From: Hydrolagus affinis
Taxonomy: Eukaryota
DNA length: 63,148 nt
Direction of reading: 5' to 3'
Assembly (NCBI GenBank): GCA_012026655.1
Contig: JAAILG010001685.1
Location: 1 to 63,148 of the forward strand
A program made the position numbers and the translations under genes. Of the stretch, positions 1-13,200 are shown one piece after another (within the stretch, counting starts at the first letter, position 1; each line of letters begins with the position of its first letter). The notes below the pieces were generated by a model. That model searched no databases and was not told the origin of the DNA. It saw only the letters and a list, made by a program, of their open reading frames with translations.

Positions 1-426
1 GAGACGCCTGGGGGGGGGGAGGGAGAGAGATGGCGGGGGGAGGGGGAAAGAGACGGCTGGGGGGGGAAGAGAGACGGCGGCGGGAGGGGGGTGGGAAAGA
101 GGGATGGCGGCGGGGGAGGGGGAGGAGAGAGGGACGGCGGTGGGGGGGGGTGTGGGGAGAGACGGGGTGGATGTGATACTATACAGATAGATAGAGATGG
201 GGGGGGATGTGAGAGAGGAGAGAGACACAGACAGAAAAACACAGATGGAGGGAGAGAGTGAGTGTGAGAGACACAGAGAGAGAAAGATATTTACCTCCTG
301 AGGAGATAGGCCCCGAATGCGCGCATGCGCAGTACGAAAAACCTCAAAATATTGATATTTCGGTATATCTCGATATGAGCCCATCGATATATCTAAATCG
401 GAAAATTTCCATATCGACGGACCCTA
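1..426. mobile_element. Right part of a hAT-type non-autonomous element with internal G-rich and GA simple repeats
   Basis: Ends ...atatcgacggacccta, matching the right end of 58152-58509; shares CGATAT repeats and GCGCATGCGC. Confidence 0.7.
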
Positions 427-993
427 CTATACAGATAAGGTTGTCAGCCAGAAACCTCAGTTATTCAAAAATCTGACAAATCAATTTGTAGGAGCACAGT
501 GTTAACTTTCTATGTAGTTAGCAGAAAAGATTCTGCTGACCATGATTGCTTTCTTCCAACTCCACAACATTACCCAACGTCTCCCGTACCTCACCCTCTC
601 AACATCATGATCTCTGCCTTTGTCTCCCTCCAGATTTCACTTTTCCAATGCTTTGCACATTGGCTTACCTAAAGCTGAGTTTCTAGTCACTTTGTTCTGC
701 CCTCTAGAACTTTCAAAATCTCACCCTTTCAGCTTTCAAAATCTGTCTGACGGTGCAGTCAAAGAGATGCATCTTTAACTACCTCACCCTTATCCGTCCT
801 ACATATCTCCCATCTCAAACATCCACCCATTAAGCAATAACAGGATCAAGTTTGGCTGAAATGCCTATTTAGTCAGATATTCAGCATTCACTAAAGGATT
901 TCCCCCAAATTTACAGTATTCCAACATGAAAAACACACTGTTTTGTCTGTTCCAATCGATTTGCTCAGCCAATCTGCTTAGTACATTTGTTAC

Positions 994-1205
994 CTTGGCC
1001 TTTCTGGAACTGGAATATTCTTTTGTTCTCTCTCAGTTCGGATTCCCTCCTGAGCTTTTAAAGCTTTTTCCCGTTCCTCTTTTTCCATTGCTGCTCTTCT
1101 GAACAATTTAAAGCTCTCACTAGATGATTTTATTATGGATGATTGAGTAGTTGTCACTATTTTGCCCAAACTTGTCCAAGAATTAGCATTCTTGATTTTG
1201 ATGTC
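994..1205 (-). CDS. BRDT: BRDT exon ([15 protein letters not shown]...[18 protein letters not shown]...)
   Basis: 212 nt, cag|GAC and AG|gtaaca; conserved BRD4/BRDT C-terminal domain. Confidence 0.93.
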
Positions 1206-4200
1206 CTGAATCAGCAAAAATACATTTGTGGAATTATTTGGCAATTAAAGAGAAAAAAAAATTAATATTACTTTTTGAAAGTGATTCATAAAGGATTTTG
1301 ATTTACAAGATGACGGTTGTGTGTTTGTGTGAGAAAGAGTAATTATTTGTGCTTCACAGCATTTACTGTAAAGTGTAGAACAGTGTTCAGATGTGTCAAT
1401 TGTAATGTTCCATAAAATCTTGCTGCAGCTATCCGAAATTAGATCTCCTGTCAAGCGAGTTAATACCAGAAATTTATATTTTATTTTTACATCCAAGCAT
1501 TTTATAGTGATCCTTGAATGTTCAGAACCTCCTTGTGTGATTAAAGCTTGCTTAAACAAGATTTCACCGCCTATCCCTGATCACAAGATTGCAGGACTGA
1601 AATGGCACACAAATACAGTACCAATATAGTACAGTACCATGCAAAGAACCAATAATATTATTATGGTGAAGCTTGTAAACAAAAGTTTGACTGCTGTTAT
1701 GTCAACCAAAGATTTATAAACTATAACGCTTATAGTTAGGATTGGTAGATTTAGTTTATCATCAGAGTGTATTTCGAAGAGAAAATTAAAATCAGGGACC
1801 TACTTTCTTTGGAGCAATTGGTATTTTCAGCTCCAAGGCTTGTTTGGAAACTGTATCAATGTCAGGCATGTTTGCCTGATTTAAAGTACTCATATGGTCT
1901 CCTCCAGCAGGAATGACAGCTTCAATATCTAAATTAGTCAAAACATTTAATTACTTCTTATGCAGTTAAAAACTAAAATGGATGGAATTATGAATAGTTA
2001 TAAGGATCTACAGGCTTCTGTTAATTTTGTTTCCTCATTCTGCCAAGGAATGTTCTCAAGCAGTGTGAGCTGATCATCCCACTCCAAAAGATTCAAGCAA
2101 GCTCTTTACCATACATAAATATTCAATTTTGACATGTCAAGGTAGATAATTAAGGTAGTACATAAATATATTCAAAAATGATTAATACCTAAAAGATCAA
2201 ACTTACACTTTTGTACTCTTGCAGATATAGAGTCACCATGTGTTTCAAAGGTGGGTACAGTTTGGTTAATTAGGGAGGATTCAAAATCGTTTTTCATGTT
2301 ACATAATGGCTTTAATTCCTGGAAAACAAAAGTCAAACATTTTGTAAAATCTAAAGATTATCTGAAATAAGTATTAAAGCACAGCTAAGAAATTATTTAA
2401 ACCAAATTCTAACATACCTCTTTTGTAAAAAGGACAGATTGAAGAGAAATATCAGCTGACAGTGGTGCATCTTGTGGAACTTGCAGCAAAAGAGATGAAT
2501 GCAAAGGTGATATAACTGCAGAAAATCCTTTTGGGAAAAAAAGAATATCAATTCATTCATAATGACAAAGGATAGATTTGTTTGCAACTTCAATGATTAA
2601 AAAGCACTTTGAAAAAGGACTTGTCAAATGAAACATTCCAGATGTTAACAAATGAGACACACAATTAGCTTTCTTTTTAAAAAAAAACATGCACGTATGA
2701 TTTCTCTTCACGTGTAGCAGTACCTTTTATGTAGATATGTAGATTTTGTAGAATAGCCTGTCGCTATTCTGGTTACACATACTGGAAAACAATTTCGTGC
2801 AAAAAAACAGCAAAACATTACTTAGAACAATTAATTCCCATCACAGCTACACACATTCTGAACCACAAATGAATCAAGTTAAATTCAGCACAAAATAAAA
2901 TCCTGATCTAATGAGAGCAATAGTACAACTCCAAGTATGTTTGTGATTCTCTCATACACTTCAAAGAGGTGAGATTCATTACTGTGCTGATTTTTAAGTT
3001 GATGCTGAGTTTTTCAGAGGGTATCATCCATCATTTCAAAGATTACATAAGAAGCACGTGATGCCGACCATTTGGTGTACGAGCTTCTAGAGTATCCAGT
3101 CTATTTTCTTCTCATTTTTAAATCAAGTAGTTTCTTATTAGAAAATCTCTGATGCTCTTCCAATATTTTAGTATTTTTTCTAAAACCACTAAAGTCAATA
3201 TTACCGCCTGGACTTCAAGATATTAATTCATTATTGAGCCTCAATTATAAACAGATGCCAAGCTGGTTCATGGGAAAGCACTGATAGATCTTGTCATGTT
3301 GTTCCTTTTCAAAATAATTAAATCCTTAAGATATTCCAAAGCATGTGACCCACAGGCAATGTCTTTTTCACATGATCCAATGCAATGTTGGCTATTTGAG
3401 TTACAACTAAATGCGTTCATTCATTTATGATAAATACAATACAGTCTGCCATCAAATTACAGATAAAATTCCATAACAAATGTGCTTTCACCTGATTTGT
3501 TAGTCTTCATTCTGTTGATAATGGGCAAGCAAATAAGCCAAGCCCAGATCAGTGAAATTACATGCAGTTCGATGGGAATATGCAAAATAGTCTAATAAAT
3601 CACTAGAATTTCTCAGGGTGCAAGTTCCCAGCATTACCATCCTTAGCACAATTAACTCTGTCACAACACAGTAATTAAATCATTATTGTTTACTCATCCT
3701 ACATTAACCTTCCTGATTAACCAATATTACTTTAAAATTTATGCCACTCATGACCAACTACCTAAAGATAGATGAGAATTTTTACAATGTGTGCAAGAGG
3801 ATATTGGAGGATTCTTAAACCCTCTGTAAACTGTGCAGAAAGTTTCTTTAAAAAAAATAGGTAGGTGGTTTACGATTGTGGCCGTAGTCCACATTCCTAC
3901 CCAGTTTCAGGTATGGATGACAGTACAGTACTCAAATTTACTCATACAGAATAAAGAAAGCTGCTCTTGTGTAAGAATCCAACAGCCAACTTTGAACTTG
4001 TATATTCCTTTCTAAATGTAACCAGGCAACCCAGAAAAGATAAAACACGCTGTGTCTCAAAAGTTGAAGTACCCCCCCAGTAGGCCTCTATCATATCTGT
4101 TAATACATGTGTCTAAAATGGTTGCTATTTCTTACCTTCTGTCTCAGTTCCTTGATGTTGCAGTGGTGGTGGGTGTGCCTGTTGGATGAGTGTTTGATAG

Positions 4201-7200
4201 CAGGATTGTGGCTGCATTGAAAGGTGATCAATATGCATTTGTTGGTTTTGCATCTGCTGCTGAAGTTTTATTTGTGGTTGAGTTGCAGTTGGTAATGGCA
4301 CTGGATAACATGGCTTGATCTGTGGTGGTAATAAAACCTGATGCTTCAACTGCTCTGGTAAGGAAGGGTGTACATGAACTGGATGTAATGGAACATTTTG
4401 AGTCTGAACCTGCAACTGCTGAATTGTAGCTAGTGGCAACTGTTGTTGTATCTCAGGTTGTTGTAGTTTGGATGGTGACTGCACTGGTAGTCTGTGTTTG
4501 GGAGGTAAGGGTGCTGCCTTAGCACTAGGTCTTGATGGTTGTGGTGGTAAACTAGTGTGTAAAGCTAAAGAAACCAAACAAAGTGGAATAAAACTAGTAA
4601 TTGTAAGTAAATACTGTTCAAATCATTTATTTAGGTTCTACAATGCTAATAACCATTGCATTCCTCACAATGAGCCGTTTTATAATTGGGCACCAATTTC
4701 ATGTGCAGTAGAGTTGTAAAGGAAGATGAATAAATGTTATTAATAAAATAATAATCATTGCATTTTTGATATAGCACTTTTCACTTCTTCCAGATGTCTC
4801 AAAGCACTTCACAGAATATACTGTAAAGTTAATTGATTATATTTGTGGGCAAAACTCAGTAACCAATTGCACACAGCGGTGTCTCACAAACAGTTGTGGA
4901 TTGAAACAACCTATTTATACTTGCTTTTTTTTTGCAGGTTTATTATTAGATGTGTGGAGTAAGGAAACCTCCCCAAGGTTTCACCCAGCCTGGAACTGAA
5001 GCTAGCTCTTGCTTGTAAGGCAAGTAACCACTGCTCTAACACTGCTCTAACCACTGAGCTACAGAACTCCACAAAAGTTTCTTAAAGTATCTTAAAAACA
5101 GAATATTGGTACAGCATAATCCCACAGAGGATGGGGCCAAGAAAACAACATGTAGAGACAAGGTCACATTAAAAAACTGGTGCACTTGAACTGTCTGCAG
5201 CTCTTACACTTTATATTCTGTATCCTGAAGAGCATTGTGGCTGTCAAAATATTGTAAAGAGGTATGATGTATAAAAGCTAGTTTCTCTGCCACCTCCCCA
5301 AACACATCCAATCAAAAAGAGAAAAAATAATCAGCTTGGATAGAGCTGTGTGGAATGTGCTTTGTGGAAGATGACTTTTTTCAAAGAATGAGTATGGGAT
5401 GTAATCAATATTCTTCCTCATATATTGAACTTTCATTTACAAATAAGACTTACCAAAGTAGTACAAAAACTATCAATGAGATTCTGAGGACATTCACATT
5501 CTGTCCATGTAGAGCACAGTTGAGTTAAAAGACTTTCTGTTCCGAGTAGTCAACGTAAGACATAGAAAGTTTCAGCACATAAAGCGGCCATTCAGCCCAT
5601 CAGGTTTGCACCAGCTCTCAGAACACAGCATACTTTGCATCTCAGATCCCTGGCCCATTCACATTTTTGCCTATAAATTTTAAAGCTCTTTTGAAGCCCA
5701 CAATAGACTCTGCTTCTACCACCTTAGTTGACATGCCATTGAATATCCCAACACATTAGTGTGAAAAAGATTTCTCCTAAACTCTCTCACACCCCAAGCA
5801 GAAAGCGAATCTGTGCTAAATTACACACAAAGTAAGATCAATGCATATTGCAATGCCACTGCTTTAGAAACTGTATTCAATCACCATAACAAAAGATATT
5901 TGCCAGCTGAGTTCCCTAGATATCTTATATTAGACAGCATTTGAAATCTAAATCTATACTTTACATTCTCTACAAGAAATACTGCAACATAGACAATATG
6001 ATTACTAAAGATGTTGTGTTAGTTTTATTATTCAGTTCCAACCAATTGTATGCAACCAAGCTAAATCTTTACCTGGTGGTGAAATAGTGATGTGTTCTCG
6101 TTCTTCTTGGGATACATTACACTGGGGTTGAAAAAGTTGCAATTTTGCATGGTGAGTGGACAATGAAAGAGGCTGACTATGTTTCTGTGGTGCCTCTGCA
6201 AGTTTTCGATGTGGCAATGATTGCACCTGGGAACAGAATCCAATGCTGATCAAGGTGAAAGGCATTTCATCTGCTAATTTAGAAGGTGTTTGTTTTGGTA
6301 AAGGATAAGAATGATTTTGAAATTTATGACAGGAAATTATATATAGAAAAAATTCTACCAGTGCATTAGTTACCTTTATTCCCCCTCTAGCAACAACACT
6401 GCATCGTTTCCTTGACTTCTGCTTTGATGCTATTTCTGTAGAAAAGTTAAAGACTGAAAATTAAAATTTTAAATGCAACAATAAATAATTGTACTGGTAA
6501 ACATTAGTATAATTAAGTACTGTACCTTCAATAGAGTATTACATGGATAGTTAACTAATTTTACCATATATTATCCATAAATACACACCTATACATAGGG
6601 TAAAATGGCCTTTTTTGGAGCTTTATTATATACATACACACTGTACAAAAAGTATGCTTCTGTATTTGTTGTACCCTTCCTGCATCTTCCTTGTTTTGCT
6701 AGTTGGTATTTTCCTTAAAAAATGACTGAAAATCAGAATTTTAAATTTCATATTTATCTTTTGGAATAAATAATTTGCTCGTCACCAATGAATTGTTCAG
6801 AAAGTGTATTTGGTAACCAAATTTATGGAATTATCTATTTGAAGATTTAGAGTGGGAGAAGCTGCATTCACATGCCCCTAACACACCTATAAATAGCGCA
6901 ATGCGACTTTTTTGTAAAGCTACAACATGATGTTCCATGATATGGTTCGTGCCTACTTTTCCCATGTGATAACTTAACATAACAAAATGCTGACATCTGA
7001 AACTAATAAATATGCTGCAAACATTTTGGGGAATCTGAAAAGATGGTGTAAAAAAGCAACATGTATTCCAGTTATGACTTCTTTTAGTTAAAACAAAATA
7101 CAGTAAACTCCAGATAACTCGACCCTGCCTTAACTTGTCACTACACTTAAGTCATCATGCTGTCAATATCTCAGCTACTTTCAGTAAACTCTGGTAACCC

Positions 7201-10200
7201 TTTTCCCTTGGAGTGACAAGTAATCAGTTTATTGTACAGTATATAGATGTTTGCAAATCTCAAGTTCTTACTCCTCCCTCCCCTTGCCCAAGCCAAATGA
7301 ATAAAAATTAACTGGCATGGCCCACTATTCTGCTTTGCTTTAAAAGCTTGGGATGTGTGTAACAATACAACACTGTTAGCTGGGCACAAGAATGGGTAGG
7401 TGCGTGGGAGGGGAGGAAGAGTTGTGGTAGTTAACCTACTCCATCACTAGTTTAAGCCATCAATATTTACTTTTAGAGCCCGCACCTCATTTAAAGTGTT
7501 TTTTTGTTTAAACGTCAATTAAAGAAATGAAAAGATAAGCAAGTAATGTGATAACATTAAACCACAGATTGCTTAAAATGGAATGTCAGTTCAGGTGCTG
7601 CACTTCTGTAAAGAAACTAGCCGTAGACATTAATTCTGAGGAATTTATCCAACAATACAATAATTTATTCAACAGCAGCATTTCTTTACAACTAACAATT
7701 TTACTGCGCACTAACAGTAATTAAAGGTCCTTTTCCTTCAATCCCTGCGTTGTAAATAATTAACAGATTTCCAATACAAAGTTACACAAATTGTAATAAC
7801 AGAAAGACATTAAACTTAGCATAAAATTTAGCATTTTTAGTCTCTATACAAGGCGGTAAGAAATAAAACTTCAATTGTAACTAGATAATTTGAGTTAGGA
7901 AAAGGGCGGCTTAATGGAGTGAGACCTCTAAACAGCTGTAGCTAAGGATATCTCCAACTGCAGGGGTTGAAAGAGAGACCAGACCACACAGAGCAGAGTT
8001 TGGACTAGAAATAAGTTTATTTGCCAAACATAAATGACTTATGGGTTGATACAGAAAATAAACAATGGTATCTCAACAAAATAAATTAATTCCAAACTTA
8101 GGAAGTTATGAAACAGAATAACTAGTTTACAACCAAACAGAAAATAGATCTTGATCAAGCAATCCTCCATCCACAGCAACAAAACTCACTTCAAATTTGT
8201 GCGTTATTGGATCTGACCTTCAATATTTTAAGATTAACATGACCTGAAATGCATTGTACAGAAATGCGATCGAAAGGGAATCTTATAAAATTAAGCTACT
8301 TGATTACAAAAACTACAAGTACTATTATAAGTGTTCAAAATAATTGGATTACAAAGACTACTTTTTTCTTGGTATTGGAAAAGAAAGTCTATTTCTAGTA
8401 GCCCATCATGTACAATGTTCTCAGCAGCATTGCACCAAAACATCTCCAGCATTTAGTACTAATTTTTATTGTAAAAATGCAAGAACGCGAGATACAAGAA
8501 TGCAAGATGCCATGCACTACCATTATATTAAACCTGTGCAGTGACATCCCTCATAAATGGACATACAAACTAACCGTGCGTTACATAGTTGATGTCTCAA
8601 TCCACTTGCATGCGACTACTATCACAATAATACAACATCTGAATTTACAGTTCTCAGTCAGTCACTTAGCAACTCAAACCTTCAAGGCACATGCCTTAAA
8701 TAAGTCACTCCTCCTCACCGATCAATTTGCTTTATAAATTTGCAGTACTCATTACATTGCTCTCGCTTCAAAAACTCTTCCTTACCTGACTTTCAAACAA
8801 ATTGAAAGAAGCTATTTTCTGAGACAAATAGAGTGAAAGATTCTGCATTATAAACATAGTTGTATCACTTACGAATGTCCTCTTTTTTCATTTGGTTGGA
8901 CATCTTTGAAATATTATGGAACACTTCCAGCTCCAACATTCAGTGCTTCAGCAAGATCTACAAGTTTGCAACTGTTTCTGATTTGTGCAATGCCTCCAGG
9001 CAAAAGCTACAATAATCCTTTTGAGTAGTAGAAACTGGGAGAAAGGATTGATATTTGGGAAGTTAGATGCACTTGGCTGTACATATATGTACGGAAGATG
9101 ACACCTAACCTGTTTCAGAATCACTGCTCTCTGAAGAACTAGAGTCATTACTGCTGCTACTACTGCCAGACTTTGAGGAACTGCTGCTTTCACTTAATCG
9201 AGATAATCCTCCCATCTCCATGGCTGGATCATTCTTCTGAGCTATTAAATTTAAAAAAATTCAAACATTCTCAACTTGAAATAGGAATATAAATATAAAT
9301 TCTAGCAGTATGCAACATTTATTAAACACAGTACATACATTTTTTGGTTTGTTTTTTCCCAGAGTTCAAATGTCCACTCACATCTTGTAATCGTTTTTCC
9401 AGTTCTTGTTTTTTCTCTAGTTGAATTTCTTCTTTAGATCTTCCAGAAACCTTTTTAGCTGAATATAATATACAAGCACATACATTAGAATACTTGTCTG
9501 AAGAAGGTTAAATAGTTAGTGTAACAGCATTTACTACTTACAATAAGGTTTCCTTGGTTTCTTTCTTAAACAAGTCATAACATATCTTTCCAGTTCTCTT
9601 AATGTGGATGGTTTCAATGTTTCAAAATCAATTTCTATTTCATCTGGATTAGAATCTCTCAAAGAGGGTTCCCTAGACTGTATCACATGCACAACGCGCC
9701 CCAGTTTGTCACCCGGAAGTTTGTTGATGTCAAGACTCAACTGCCTCTTCTCATCATATGTCATTGGCTTTGCATTATCTTCTTCTGAATCACAAACGGG
9801 AGGAGCCTGCTGCTTGTCTTTTTTTGTCAGCCTGCAAAACAAAGTACATTCAGAAACATTACCAGTTACAGAAATAATATAATTATTATTATTATTGAAC
9901 CTTTCATCAAATGGAAGGATTATTATATCTACAAATATTCTGTTCCAAATTACCTAATATTATAATTTAAACGTTATACAGTAACACTCAGTTTAGAGCT
10001 AATCACCAGTTAATATCCAGCAAATCGATTTATTTTTCTTACCCATATGTTATGAATGCATTCAAATTGACCTTATTTGCAACTACCACATGAATCTAGA
10101 TTAAATCATTTGTAAACTAATTTAGTTTAGGGCATTTTAGTATCAGAGATTTCTTAAAAATAAGTTAACAATAAATTAACAAATTTAAATCAGGTCAGCC

Positions 10201-13200
10201 TTCAGAACCAACATCCAAAGGCACTGGAGGGAAATTACATAATCATCCTGGTGGATACATATATATCCAACTTTGATGCATTATCCTAGCTATATCCCCG
10301 ACTGTGTCTCATTGCAAAATTTACTTAAGCCATAATGCATATTTATGCATGAATGTGAATTTAGTTAGTTTTTAATTTAAAAATTCTATGCAGTAGAACA
10401 ATGCTGTGATGCTAATCCAGTCTGGGCTCAAACATACAATGGCTATTTTGAAGTGCCAAGCCACTGCTGTATCTCAGCAAGTTTCGGGAGAGGACGAGAG
10501 AAAATGGAGATGGTTGAATCTGGTTGTACCTGCTTCCAGTAGAGCTTTTCTTGGATTTCTTTTGCTGCATTGGCTTAGGCTTGTTTTTTTTCTTTTCATC
10601 ATCTCTCTTTTTAAATTTCTCTTTCTCCTTTTCTTTTTTCTTTTTTCCCTTTTTGGATTTGTCCTTTTTCCTAGCCTTAGACAGTGGAGCCTGAGATAAG
10701 GCTGTAAGTTGATCATGAACTGCCTTCAGCTGCCATGGGAAACGTTGATTCAAGTCAAACTTATATTATAGAGTTTATTAAATTTATCTTGCTTGTTATG
10801 TAAGTTCTAGAAGCAATTTCATAGTATAGTGAATATTTTTAGGCAGTTGTCTTTTATGATTTTTTTTACGGCTCTTTGGAACTGACGAGCAAAGTGAACT
10901 TAAACATTCTTGTACTCTATTTAGTACTATACTGAAATAAAACTAAATCACTTTCATGATTCCAATACAAATCCCTCTTGTAAAGAGCAGAGAGGAAATT
11001 TTGGGGGGCAATTAAATAATTTAAACCTGTTTTGACAATGAGAACCTCTCTCTTGCTCCTGTGTTACAGCCCGAGGACTATCTGATGATTGTCTATTCCA
11101 TGACCCACCTCTGGGTCAGAAATATGCCCATATAAGAATTGTTGATAGCAGAAACTGAGTTGTTTCTACAACACCTTTCTAATTGTTAATCAATCCAAAG
11201 TTTTCACGCAGAATAACACCAAAAATCCCATATAATTCCAATCTTAAAGCTATCTTAGTTTCCTTGCTCCACACGCCAATAATCCGTCAAAAAAAATTGG
11301 TCACTTCAACCCACAACTGTTTGTGGGACACTGCTGTGCACAAATTAGCTCCAGCGTTTTGCCCAGTCAATTCACTTTAAAGTGTGTTCTGTGAAGCCCT
11401 TTGAGACATCTAGAAGATGTGAAAAGCATTATATCAAAAGCAAGGATTATTATTATTATGACACTTGGAATTTTCTCTCTGATGCACCTATGTTTAGAAA
11501 ACATTTGGATTCCTAGAAAAGAATGTTTTTTTTAAATAATTTCTTTCTACCTGTTCTTGAAGTTTAGCAAGGCGCTCTGTACGTTCTTTCTCTGAGTTTT
11601 TAGATGCATTTTCACTGTCAGATGAGCTTTCATCTGTGTTTTCACTTGCTATTGATTTTCTAACTTGCGTTTTGGATTGTGATGTTAACGTAGTTTCAGC
11701 AGGTTCATCAGGTATTTTGGTAAGATGCTTCTCAAAAACATCCTGGTGAAAAAAGATATTTGGGATCACTTAAAAACTGGTGCACTTATGGAAAGGCAAT
11801 AGCATTGGAAATTCTGGAAGGAAGAGAATAAATGGGTTGAAGGGCATTCGTCATCTTGAACTTTCTTCCCCTCTTGTGAAATGTTATCATTACAATTGAT
11901 ATCCCATTTACAACCATCACCATTCATGCGCAAATGTGTTCACGGGTTAAGTCCACCCACATTACAGATTAAATTACGTTGGATGTTACGTCGTTGCTGT
12001 ATTTGGTATAAATTAGATCTAAATAATAATTCTACATGGAATCTCTATTGCTGTGCAATTCACTGAAAAATCCCAAGTGTTTAATTTCAATTATGTTATC
12101 TCCAGAAAATAATTTTTTAAGCGTCAGGAAGGAAATAGCATAGGTTCATACTGGACACCAGAGATGAGAGGTTATTGTGGAAGACAGGATAAAAAGCACA
12201 TCTGTTTAATTTCAAAGGAGTTTAAGGGTGGGAGGGGGGGGATATCAATATTCTGAAAGGTTTTGAAGGATAAATGGTAAATGATTAATACCCATGATTG
12301 GTAAAGCAGTAACATGGGGGCATTATCCCAGGATCATCATTGGAAGGAAAAGAGGTTTGCAGAAGAATTTTTGCAACTTTGCCACAAGTAGTCACTGAGA
12401 TGATTATTGATCTAACGGTAAAGATTTTAAAGATTACAGACATTTTTGAAGGCTACGACAGTTACATAAAACCAAAACTATATTCTTACCGAAGGTTTAC
12501 TCTTACCTGAAGTTTTCGGGCCATAGCTACTACTTCATGATCGGGTGGGTTATACTTGTAACAATTCCGAAACATCAATCGCACATCTGTGGCAAATTGG
12601 TGGGTATCTTTATATTCACGGTTTTCCATTCGTTTCTCATCAGGAAAGATTAAAGACACGAAACTTGCATGAAATCAATTTTACTAAATTCATTCATGGT
12701 GAATTCATTGTACAATAAATATGTAGAATAAATAATGAAAATACATGTGAACTATTGATAAAACAAACATCTTAAAAAATCCTTAGGTTGCCAGTTAATG
12801 GAGTCAAAAGATATGATGAAATGAATTCAAGCGATAAATTGCAGAGATGCTTAGTTTCCACTCAATTTTTTTTTACAATTACCATTTACAAAGCCATTGT
12901 GAGCCTCCTTTAGCAAATCATCCATTAAAAGCTTGTGTGCAGATATTCCACACCGTGCTGGATTCAAAAATATTTAAACTTATCTGTGTTTATGTAGTTT
13001 ATTTATGTAGTTTATCAAAAAGTGCACGAACTTTGATGCAGTTGTAAATGAACTTAAAATGTACATCCAAGCAAATATTTTGTGGTGGGAAAGAAAAAAC
13101 AACTTACTTTCACTGTAGTAAGATCCATGGGCAGAGTAATAATGTCATAGTAGTCATGAAGTCCTAATGCTTCAACATCTACAGGCTTGTAGAAAGGCCA

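Noticed and set aside
7876-8755. Possible solo LTR (tgtaac...ttaca)
   Set aside because: No matching TSD found; better explained as intron or alternative 3'UTR.
12481-12506. Second donor (TCG|gtaaga) 17 nt past the BD2 exon donor
   Set aside because: Out of frame and no other support.
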